DNA of 8,996 bases from a virus (lineage: Duplodnaviria > Heunggongvirae > Uroviricota > Caudoviricetes): positions 1-8,996 of IMG/VR virus record IMGVR_UViG_2579778899_000011. The stretch is one strand, 5' to 3'. Shown here one piece after another: positions 1 to 6,579 of the stretch. Position 1 is the first letter of the stretch, and each line of letters opens with the position of its first letter. Under the pieces are notes generated by a model. That model had not been told where the DNA came from. It worked only from the letters and a program-made list of their open reading frames with translations, and searched no databases. Position numbers and translations under genes: made by a program.

Positions 1-12
1 GGTGAGATATTT

Positions 13-363
13 ATGCCATCACGAATCCCACGCGCCTGCCGTAAGCGTGGATGTGCAGGTACAACCACAGACAGTTCTGGTTACTGCGATAAACATCGTG
101 GCGAAGGATGGGTACAGCATCAACGCGGACTGAGCCGCCACCAGCGTGGCTATGGCTCGAAATGGGATGCCATACGTGCGCGCATACTGAAGCGTGATAA
201 TCATCTGTGTCAGAACTGCCTGCGCAATGGGAGAGCCGTTGAAGCCAGAACTGTGGACCACATCATTCCGAAAGCTCATGGTGGCACGGATGCAGACAGT
301 AACCTGCAGAGTCTGTGCTGGCCCTGTCATAAAGCAAAAACAGCGCGCGAACGCATCAATTGA
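13..363 (+). CDS. Phage HNH endonuclease of the type that sits next to cos and the terminase genes in HK97-like phages
   Basis: 116-aa ORF with ATG at 13 and a GGTGAG Shine-Dalgarno at 1-6. N-terminal Cys cluster (CRKRGCAG...GYCDKH) and the HNH core CQNCL...DHIIPKAHGG...N...LCWPCH. Position directly upstream of terS matches HK97-like packaging modules. Confidence 0.85.
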   Translation: MPSRIPRACRKRGCAGTTTDSSGYCDKHRGEGWVQHQRGLSRHQRGYGSKWDAIRARILKRDNHLCQNCLRNGRAVEARTVDHIIPKAHGGTDADSNLQSLCWPCHKAKTARERIN

Positions 364-510
364 TAACAGTTCCCATCTGTAGGGGAGGGGCGGGTCAAAT
401 CTCTGCAACCCTGGCTGCTCAGTACCGCCGCCTGACCCTTCCTCACATCGCCGCAGGTTCGAAAACTTTTTTTGGAAATGTGAACAAACGATTGATAGGT
501 AAGACCGATT

Positions 511-993
511 ATGTCAGGACCTCCGAAAACCCCGCCACGCCTGCATTTGATACGAGGCAACCCCTCAAAGCGCCCCGTTAAAGACCCCAAAAAAACCGCT
601 AAAAAGGATGAAAAAGGTCTTCCTAAAATTCCGCAGCATTTAGGGGCACAGGGGAAGTACTGGTTCAGGCGAATGGCGGAAGAGCTGAATGCGGAAGGGA
701 TCATTTCTCAGCTTGATGCGCGTGCACTCGAGTTGCTGGTGGAAGCCTACACCGAATATCGGCATCACTGCGAAACACTAGATGTTGAGGGGTATACCTA
801 CCGCACGAAAACGCAGAGCGGTGATGTACTGATTAAGGCGCACCCCGCGGCGGCAATGAAAGCGGATGCCTGGAAGCGGATCCGGGCAATGCTTGCAGAG
901 TTTGGTATGTCACCGGCAAGCCGGGCTAAAGTAAATATCGCCGGACCGGATGATGTTGATCCGCTGGCGGAGCTTTTAAAAGCGAGAGACTGA
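511..993 (+). CDS. terS: Terminase small subunit, P27 family
   Basis: 160-aa ORF with a basic N-terminus (GNPSKRPVKDPKK) and the P27-family core YWFRRMAEEL...ARALELLVEAYTEY...GMSPASRAKV. Its stop overlaps the terL start (TGATG at 991-995), indicating translational coupling. Confidence 0.8.
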   Translation: MSGPPKTPPRLHLIRGNPSKRPVKDPKKTAKKDEKGLPKIPQHLGAQGKYWFRRMAEELNAEGIISQLDARALELLVEAYTEYRHHCETLDVEGYTYRTKTQSGDVLIKAHPAAAMKADAWKRIRAMLAEFGMSPASRAKVNIAGPDDVDPLAELLKARD

Positions 994-2186
994 TGGCAAA
1001 AGTGGCTGACGGGATCCGCTACGCCGAACGTGTTGTTGCAGGAGAAATTGTTGCTGGCGAATTTGTCCGCCTGGCCTGCCAGCGTTTTCTTGATGATCTG
1101 AAGTACGGCGAAGAGCGGGGGATTTATTTCAGTGAACCCCGTGCGCAGCACATCCTGAATTTCTACAAATTTGTGCCTCATGTAAAAGGGGCGCTGGCAG
1201 GCCAGCCCATTGAGTTGATGGACTGGCATGTATTTATCCTCATTAATATTTTTGGTTTTGTCATTCCGCTGGTCAATGAAGAGACCGGAGAAGTTGTCAT
1301 GCGCAGCGATGGCAGCGGACGTCCGGTGATGGTGCGCCGGTTCCGGACGGCGTACAACGAAGTCGCCCGTAAAAACGCAAAATCAACTCTGTCATCGGGT
1401 ATCGGCCTGTATATGACGGGGGCAGATGGTGAAGGCGGAGCTGAGGTGTATTCAGCCGCAACCACGCGTGACCAGGCCAGAATCGTGTTTGAAGACGCCA
1501 AAAATATGGTCAGAAAAGCCCGGTCGACACTCGGGCGGTTGTTTGATTTCAACAAGCTGGCGATTTACCAGGAGCAGAGCGCATCAAAATTTGAACCGCT
1601 TTCTTCGGATGCAAACAACCTGGATGGTCTGAACATCCACTGCGCCATTATTGATGAGCTGCATGCACATAAAACCCGTGACGTGTGGGACGTTCTGGAA
1701 ACGGCAACCGGTGCCCGTCTGCAGTCCCTTTTATTTGGTATCACCACGGCAGGGTTTAACAAGGAAGGGATTTGTTACGAGCAGCGTGATTACGCCATCA
1801 AGGTATTGCGTGGCTATAACAGCGACGTGGAGGGCGCTGTAAAAGACGACTCCTACTTTGCGATTATTTACACCCTCGATGAGGGAGATGATCCGTTTGA
1901 TGAAACGGTCTGGCAGAAAGCAAATCCCGGCCTGGGCATCTGTAAACGCTGGGATGATCTGCGTCGTCTGGCGAAAAAAGCGAAAGAACAGGTCTCTGCG
2001 CGGGTGAATTTTTTTACCAAGAAAGTAACATCACGCCGTAACAACAGTGCGACCTGTCCTGATTTTTTTAGTAACCAAATGAAAGAAAAAGATTTTTTCT
2101 TGTTCGTCGTTTTTGTTTTTTCTGGAAGGTTCTGGCTGTTTTCATCATTTGTGTATTGCACTGTGTATTGCAAAAACGGGTTATAA
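993..2186 (+). pseudogene. terL: Terminase large subunit, 5' ATPase portion only; protein-like sequence stops near 2020 and the ORF tail is AT-rich read-through
   Basis: Residues 1-~340 look like a phage large terminase ATPase domain, with a Walker-B-like IHCAIIDELH and a WQKANPGLG segment. After SARVNFFTKK (about 2004-2024) the frame reads TSRRNNSATCPDFF...FLFVVFVFSGRFWLF, which is low-complexity and not protein-like. Full-length large terminases in this family are about 500-600 aa, so the nuclease domain is absent. This length comparison is from memory, not computed. Confidence 0.7.
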
Positions 2187-2191
2187 ATCAC
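2020..2191. other. Probable left attachment junction (attL) of the inserted element: AT-rich spacer with a tandem 11-bp direct repeat just upstream of int
   Basis: Sharp change from terminase coding sequence to AT-rich sequence with T-runs. Tandem repeat tgtgtattgca at 2150-2160 and 2162-2172. The integrase ATG follows at 2192. Confidence 0.4.
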
Positions 2192-3400
2192 ATGGCTCTA
2201 AACAAACTGAGCGATAAAAAACTTCGTTCCCTGCTTGGGCGCAGGAGTGAGAGGCAGGAAACCATCGCTGATGGTAACGGGCTTTCGGTACGGGTCAGTA
2301 AATACGGATGTGTTAGTTTTGTTTTCTTTTACAGACTGGCGGGAAGGGGAACCGCGCCCATCTGGCTGACACTTGGAAAATATCCTGATCTGAGTCTCAA
2401 ATCAGCGAGAGAGATGCGCGATCAGTGTCGAACCTGGCTTGCGGAGGGCAGAGATCCACGGATTCAGATAAAAATTGAACGGGAAGCCACCTTGCAACCT
2501 GTTACCGTTCGTGAGGCACTTGAATACTGGCTTGATAATTATGCAATGGATAAGCGTAGGGGAGCAGAACATATCAGGCAGTGCTTTGGTAAACATATTT
2601 ATCCGGTGATTGGTCATGTACCACTTAGTGATTGCTCTATATCTATGTGGATCAAGTGTTTTGACAAAATAAAAAAAGTAGCACCTGTACAGGCCGGAGC
2701 TTTGTTGCGTATATCAAAACAGGCGCTTAAATTTTGTAGGGTAAGAAAATACGCGATTAGTCATGAAATTGATGATCTTGAGGTCTGTGATGTGGGAAAA
2801 AAGTCTGCGCGAAGAAGCAGGGTTTTAACAGATGATGAAATCAGAGATTTATGGCGAAGTATTAATACTGATTATGACAATCACGAATTATCATATGAAA
2901 ACCGAATTATTTTACGTTTCCTGGTAGTTTTTGGTTGTCGACTGTCAGAAGTATTACTGTCGTCCTGGGTAGAGTGGGATTTTGATAAGAAATTATGGCG
3001 CGTTCCCGCTGATCATAGCAAAAATGGCAGGGAAATAATCAGACCGATTCCTGATGGCATGTTTAACTGGTTAGTTACGTTAAAAAAAATAACAGGTAAC
3101 AAAGAAAATGTGATTGGGTTTGATATGCGTCAGTGTACGGCAAGCGTAACTATCGGTAAGACATGGAAAAGGATGAAACACTCGGAAAAATGGACGGCGC
3201 ATGATATGCGAAGAGTGTTTGCCACAAAGCTAAGTGATCATGGTTTTGAACATAATGTGGTTGAACAGTTGCTTGGGCACACATTAGGCGGTGTTGCCGG
3301 GGTTTATAACAGAAGTCAGTATATGGACAGAAAAAAAGAAGCTATGAACTGGTGGTACGACTATCTGAATAAGCTAATTAGTGGTGACGGTAATGATTGA
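2192..3400 (+). CDS. int: Tyrosine site-specific integrase, P4-like, with an N-terminal arm-type DNA-binding domain
   Basis: 402 aa from the ATG at 2192. N-terminus MALNKLSDKKLRSL...GLSVRVSKYG...F.FFYR is typical of P4-family integrase arm-binding domains. C-terminus carries the catalytic-core pattern ...RLSEVL...HDMRRVFATKL...LLGHTLGGVAGVYNRSQY. Confidence 0.9.
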   Translation: MALNKLSDKKLRSLLGRRSERQETIADGNGLSVRVSKYGCVSFVFFYRLAGRGTAPIWLTLGKYPDLSLKSAREMRDQCRTWLAEGRDPRIQIKIEREATLQPVTVREALEYWLDNYAMDKRRGAEHIRQCFGKHIYPVIGHVPLSDCSISMWIKCFDKIKKVAPVQAGALLRISKQALKFCRVRKYAISHEIDDLEVCDVGKKSARRSRVLTDDEIRDLWRSINTDYDNHELSYENRIILRFLVVFGCRLSEVLLSSWVEWDFDKKLWRVPADHSKNGREIIRPIPDGMFNWLVTLKKITGNKENVIGFDMRQCTASVTIGKTWKRMKHSEKWTAHDMRRVFATKLSDHGFEHNVVEQLLGHTLGGVAGVYNRSQYMDRKKEAMNWWYDYLNKLISGDGND

Positions 3401-3614
3401 AATAGTTACGCGTGAAGAACTTGAAAATGATAAAACAATCGACAGGATGATTAAGGAAGATGAATGTGCATGGTTAACAGCTCTTGGCCGGAGACACAGA
3501 GCATTACTTGAAAAGGAAGGAAAATTTCCACGGAAAATATGTATTGGCCCACAAACAAAAGTCTGGCGCTTATCTGAGGTGCTGGAATGGGTAAAGGGTG
3601 AATGGAAACCCTGA
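3393..3614 (+). CDS. alpA: AlpA-family phage transcriptional regulator/excisionase-like HTH protein (copy 1)
   Basis: Small ORF whose start overlaps the int stop. Carries the AlpA-type motif ...LGRRHRALLEKEGKFPRKICIGPQTKVWRLSEVLEWV. An alternative start exists at 3447. Confidence 0.65.
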   Translation: MIEIVTREELENDKTIDRMIKEDECAWLTALGRRHRALLEKEGKFPRKICIGPQTKVWRLSEVLEWVKGEWKP

Positions 3615-3637
3615 ACTAAATTAAATGAGATATAATC

Positions 3638-3662
3638 AACCCGTCTTTTGGCGGGTTTTTTT
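3638..3662 (+). terminator. Rho-independent terminator after alpA copy 1
   Basis: Hairpin aacccg-tcttttgg-cgggtt followed by a run of 7 T, seen directly in the sequence. Confidence 0.55.
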
Positions 3663-3677
3663 ATAGGTGATATTTTT

Positions 3678-3956
3678 ATGCAAAAATTTATTTATCCTAC
3701 ACCCGAAGAACGCATTCAGATTCTGAAAGAACATGGCGAACCGTATGATCGCCGTATACGCGAACATGAGTGTGCCAATCGTACCGGGCTTTCAAGAAGC
3801 AGACGTTGGGTACTTGAACAGGAGGGAGCATTTCCTGCTCGTGCTCATTTAGGGAAAGTGTCTGTTTCCTGGTTGCTCTCTGATGTGCTCTGGTGGGTTA
3901 TGCATCCGCCAGGAGTAAAGGAAGTAAACAGCCCATACAAAAACGCCAATAAGTAA
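3678..3956 (+). CDS. Second AlpA-like HTH regulator, a paralog of the upstream copy
   Basis: ATG at 3678 with an AGGTGA Shine-Dalgarno at 3665-3670. The track's TTG start at 3648 lies inside the upstream terminator and is rejected. Motif HECANRTGLSRSRRWVLEQEGAFPARAHLGKVSVSWLLSDVLWWV parallels copy 1. Confidence 0.6.
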   Translation: MQKFIYPTPEERIQILKEHGEPYDRRIREHECANRTGLSRSRRWVLEQEGAFPARAHLGKVSVSWLLSDVLWWVMHPPGVKEVNSPYKNANK

Positions 3957-3964
3957 TTACCGAC

Positions 3965-3995
3965 AACCCCGCACCACGCAATGCGGGGTTTTTTG
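3965..3995 (+). terminator. Rho-independent terminator after the second alpA-like gene
   Basis: Stem aaccccgca (3965-3973) pairs with tgcggggtt (3982-3990) around an 8-nt loop, followed by TTTTTG. Confidence 0.6.
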
Positions 3996-4013
3996 TATGT
4001 GAGGTAGAAAGTG

Positions 4014-4607
4014 ATGAATAAAAATATTGCCGCGACGGGCAAGGGTGACGCACGTCATGTGAAAAAATTCTGTGATATTCGTGATCTGGTCGTTCTGCGC
4101 TTTGATAGTGTGAACGTTCGCGTGGTGTATCTGAACGGCGATCCGTGGTTTGTTGGCGCTGATGTGTGTGCGGCGCTGGAAATTAGCAACGTTACCGATG
4201 CTGTTTCAGTTCTGGATAGCGATGAGGTAATGACCCTAGCTTTAACCGAGGGTCATTCAGGTAAGCGTGGTGGTGCCAGAAGTTGGAATGTTGTATCAGA
4301 ATCAGGTTTTTACAAGTTGATCGCCAGAAGTCGCAAAGCTGTTAATCCTGGCACGTTCGCCCATCGTTTCAGTAATTGGGTATTCAGAAATGTGATACCG
4401 GGTATCAGAAAAACGGGGGCTTATGGTATCCCGTGGGGCGCATTACAGGATTTTTCCCGCCGCAAAGAGCAATACCAGATAAGTGCCAGTGAGAAGGGGA
4501 GGGCGCTACAGGCATGTAAGCGCAAAAAGCGTGAACTGGAGGAGGAAGAAAAAAGGCTGATACGTGAATATCAGCCTGAGTTTTACTTTGGTGAGCGTAT
4601 TCAGTAA
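4014..4607 (+). CDS. Bro-N domain protein (phage antirepressor-like N-terminal domain) with a charged, coiled-coil-like C-terminus
   Basis: ATG at 4014 with a GAGGTAG Shine-Dalgarno at 4001-4007. Bro-N signatures: F...IR...DGDPWFVGADVCAALEISN...SESGFYKLIARSRKAVNPGTFAHRFSNWVFRNVIPGIRKTGAYG. C-terminus KRKKRELEEEEKRLIREY. No KilA-C/Ant C-terminal domain is apparent. Confidence 0.7.
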   Translation: MNKNIAATGKGDARHVKKFCDIRDLVVLRFDSVNVRVVYLNGDPWFVGADVCAALEISNVTDAVSVLDSDEVMTLALTEGHSGKRGGARSWNVVSESGFYKLIARSRKAVNPGTFAHRFSNWVFRNVIPGIRKTGAYGIPWGALQDFSRRKEQYQISASEKGRALQACKRKKRELEEEEKRLIREYQPEFYFGERIQ

Positions 4608-4890
4608 CCGCGTACGGTGCTGATTATACGGTACATCGTGTTAACCGGGAAGTTACCCACCAGCAAGGCAAAATCTTCTGCTAAAAAATGACATATGGCC
4701 AGTCGTCCGGAAAGCATGAAATTTTACAAAAATGGAAAATGAAGATTTTTATTGTGCTGGTGGGTAAAAACAAAAAGCGCCCCGTTACCGGAGCGCCCTT
4801 GCGAACAATTAACCTACTGCGCAAAAAATGAATCTGTGCGGGGGGATTATATCAACCGTGGTCGAAATGACCATAGTTGCAGGATAACAG

Positions 4891-4920
4891 GCAAAACAAA
4901 GGCCACCCGCTACGGTGGCC
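4891..4920 (-). terminator. Rho-independent terminator for leftward transcription
   Basis: Perfect 7-bp stem ggccacc/ggtggcc (4901-4920) around a 6-nt loop. On the minus strand it is followed by a U-rich tract (plus-strand caaaacaaa at 4892-4900). Confidence 0.5.
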
Positions 4921-4998
4921 CCTCGACACAAGCACACGTTATCCCCAACGCATGAGCATAACCAACAATGCCACATTTACGGCTGGTGGGCAATGTGA

Positions 4999-5172
4999 TC
5001 AGTCAGATTTGGTTCGTTCCAAGGTTTGCAACGAGAGCTTTTTCCTGTGCTCTTTAAGGAATTTCTCAAGAGCAAAAGCACATGGCGCGAATCTTTCTGA
5101 TTCATGCTCTATCTTTCTGCGCCGTCTTTTCCGTGCCGGTGATAATGTTTTGGTCAATTCTTTATCGGTCAT
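4999..5172 (-). CDS. Hypothetical small, highly basic protein downstream of the RHH-like gene; may be non-coding
   Basis: ORF in the six-frame track (4999-5187). An internal ATG at 5172 has an AGGA-like Shine-Dalgarno. Contains RKRRRRK. No recognisable family. Confidence 0.2.
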   Translation of the reverse strand: MTDKELTKTLSPARKRRRRKIEHESERFAPCAFALEKFLKEHRKKLSLQTLERTKSD

Positions 5173-5229
5173 TGTGTTGTCCTGCATAGCAATGCGCCGT
5201 AGTTACTCACACCACGGCGCTGGTGATGG

Positions 5230-5409
5230 TTACTCCTGCTCTTTGGCCTTGCGACGCTGGCGGTACTCAACTTCTCGCTTTAATGCTGCTGTTACAAACT
5301 GCCCTGTACTTTCACCAGGCATTTTTACCGCCTCAACATTGTTCATAACTTCATGCGGAACCCTTGCCGCAACTGTTTGTGATTTTGCGTTTACTGCTTT
5401 TGTCGCCAT
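5230..5409 (-). CDS. Small ribbon-helix-helix-like DNA-binding protein, candidate repressor of the divergent switch
   Basis: 59-aa ORF translated by hand from the minus strand: MATKAVNAKSQTVAARVPHEVMNNVEAVKMPGESTGQFVTAALKREVEYRQRRKAKEQE. GAGGGG Shine-Dalgarno about 8 nt upstream of the ATG. Not in the supplied track because it is under the length cut-off. The RHH assignment rests on a beta-strand/helix/helix pattern judged by eye. Confidence 0.4.
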   Translation of the reverse strand: MATKAVNAKSQTVAARVPHEVMNNVEAVKMPGESTGQFVTAALKREVEYRQRRKAKEQE

Positions 5410-5459
5410 GTTGTGTACCCCTCACAAAAAACAAATGCAGTATGCAGGAAAAAAAATAA

Positions 5460-5511
5460 GTGTTCAACACTTGACGTGTTTAACACCTGGGTTTAAATTG
5501 GTGTTCAACAC
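5460..5511. promoter_or_regulatory. Divergent promoter/operator region with three copies of an 11-bp palindrome
   Basis: gtgttcaacac at 5460-5470, gtgtttaacac at 5476-5486, gtgttcaacac at 5501-5511. Each is a GTGTT/AACAC inverted repeat. A -35-like ttgacg (5471-5476) and a -10-like taaatt (5494-5499) 17 bp apart sit between and over the operators, pointing rightward toward the operon starting at 5609. Confidence 0.5.
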
Positions 5512-5608
5512 CTTATTAATGCAAGGTGCAGAAACGACGAAACCCGGCAGTGCGCGAACACTAACCGGGCTTCTAACCACCAACGATAGCAAGCGTATCG
5601 AGGTAGCT

Positions 5609-5815
5609 ATGAGAAATCATACCACACACCCGCAAGGGCGGGACTCGCACAACCTGAATAAATACATCTGGCGTTTTATCGCCCTGAGTACGGCACAACC
5701 GCGCGTAATTCACATCGAGGCCACCAGCGAACAGGAAGCACGCCAGCAATCTCCTGATGGCTGCGTGATGGTATTCGCCGCCCGTATTCGTCAGGAGGTG
5801 AGCCATGTGCAATAA
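5609..5815 (+). CDS. Small protein resembling the Icd-like (host cell division inhibitor) family of P4-like elements
   Basis: 68 aa, MRNHTTHPQGRDSHNLNKYIWRFIALSTAQPRVIHIEATSEQEARQQ..., with GAGG just upstream of the ATG. The family assignment is from memory of annotations in P4-like islands, not from a search. Confidence 0.4.
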   Translation: MRNHTTHPQGRDSHNLNKYIWRFIALSTAQPRVIHIEATSEQEARQQSPDGCVMVFAARIRQEVSHVQ

Positions 5816-6050
5816 CACCCGTCCGGACGCAGCCGCCGAAGCTATCAGAACGCTGATGCACGCGCTGATTGATATTTCATGCACGGCAGCAACCGCAGAA
5901 AAACACATTACCAGAGAGACGGAATATACAGGGGCAATAATCCCGCATTCGCTGGTCTACACACAGCTTACCGCTGATATGGCGCTGAATGAGGCTAAAG
6001 CCATCCTGATTGCTGATTGTGAAAATGGCGGGGGCGATTATGCGAAATAA
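5805..6050 (+). CDS. Hypothetical protein, translationally coupled to the upstream gene
   Basis: 81-aa ORF with a strong AGGAGGTG Shine-Dalgarno at 5793-5800. Its ATG at 5805 overlaps the stop of the preceding gene at 5813-5815. Confidence 0.4.
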   Translation: MCNNTRPDAAAEAIRTLMHALIDISCTAATAEKHITRETEYTGAIIPHSLVYTQLTADMALNEAKAILIADCENGGGDYAK

Positions 6051-6258
6051 ACATGATATTGAAGACCTGGCATTTGAAGCCCTGCACTCTGCGAAAAAAA
6101 TCAGGGAAGTCGTCAATATGTGGATGAACAGCCTTAGCACCGATAAATCCGATAGCAGAGAAGAAATTCTTATTTCTTTGTTGTTAGACCTGGCAAATAC
6201 ACAGGTTTCTCTGACATCTGATATTGAGCTCGCCGCTAAAAAGCTGCCTCTGGAGTAA
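6040..6258 (+). CDS. Hypothetical small acidic protein
   Basis: The ATG at 6040 overlaps the stop of the previous gene at 6048-6050. An alternative ATG lies at 6025. No recognisable motif. Confidence 0.35.
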   Translation: MRNKHDIEDLAFEALHSAKKIREVVNMWMNSLSTDKSDSREEILISLLLDLANTQVSLTSDIELAAKKLPLE

Positions 6259-6264
6259 AAAAAC

Positions 6265-6579
6265 ATGAAAAAGAAAAATTCTGGCTTTACTGCCAGCGGT
6301 CACGCTCGGCCTGAAATCCGCCCCGGTGATATTTTCCGGGATAAATACGGCAGCACGATAACGATTAAAACCGTCGATGATTTTCGTGTGACCTATATCC
6401 GCGAAGGTTATGCGCATCCCTGCGTGTCGTCACATATGCGCTTTGACAGGGAGTTCACCCTGGTAAGCAAAGCACCACCAGCAGAATTAAGCGACATCGA
6501 CAGAATCATGCGCGTTACAGGAATGGAACGCATTAAGGCAGTACGTGAAATTATTCGTGAACGGGGAAAGGCAAAATGA
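6265..6579 (+). CDS. Small protein, DUF4222-like, of the kind found immediately upstream of replication genes in P4-like islands
   Basis: 104-aa ORF with a GGAG Shine-Dalgarno about 8 nt upstream. Motif PGDIFRDKYGSTITIKTVDDFRVTYIREGYAHPC. Its stop overlaps the start of the next gene (ATGA at 6576-6579). DUF assignment is from memory. Confidence 0.35.
   Translation: MKKKNSGFTASGHARPEIRPGDIFRDKYGSTITIKTVDDFRVTYIREGYAHPCVSSHMRFDREFTLVSKAPPAELSDIDRIMRVTGMERIKAVREIIRERGKAK

Noticed and set aside
452-470. tRNA T-loop-like motif caggttcgaaaac, considered as a tRNA or tRNA-fragment att site
   Set aside because: No complementary T-stem, acceptor stem or CCA-compatible 3' end can be built around it, so it is probably coincidental.
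1178-2191. Multiple antisense or out-of-frame ORFs (1178-1555, 1426-1632, 1565-1762, 1651-1842, 1868-2191) within terL
   Set aside because: They lie entirely within or antisense to the terminase coding sequence or the AT-rich junction, have no ribosome-binding sites and give low-complexity translations. They are overlap artefacts.
2156-2191. Upstream extension of the integrase ORF (track start at 2156)
   Set aside because: The extension starts at a TTG inside the tandem-repeat region. The ATG at 2192 gives the canonical MALNKLSDKKLR integrase N-terminus.
3845-4042. 65-aa minus-strand ORF overlapping the second alpA-like gene and its terminator
   Set aside because: It is antisense to a motif-supported gene and spans the terminator hairpin, with no independent support.
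4752-4955. 67-aa plus-strand ORF inside the non-coding island, and a 47-aa ATG ORF at 4688-4831
   Set aside because: The first starts at a TTG and the second has no Shine-Dalgarno. Both overlap the Chi-repeat and terminator structures and have odd composition. The region is better explained as regulatory or RNA.
4877-5815. 312-aa plus-strand ORF spanning the non-coding island, the operator region and the Icd-like gene
   Set aside because: It runs through the palindromic operator/promoter region and fully overlaps the opposite-strand RHH-like gene. Its translation is Cys/Ser/Thr-rich and not protein-like. Only its last ~68 codons (from the ATG at 5609 with a Shine-Dalgarno) look like a real gene.
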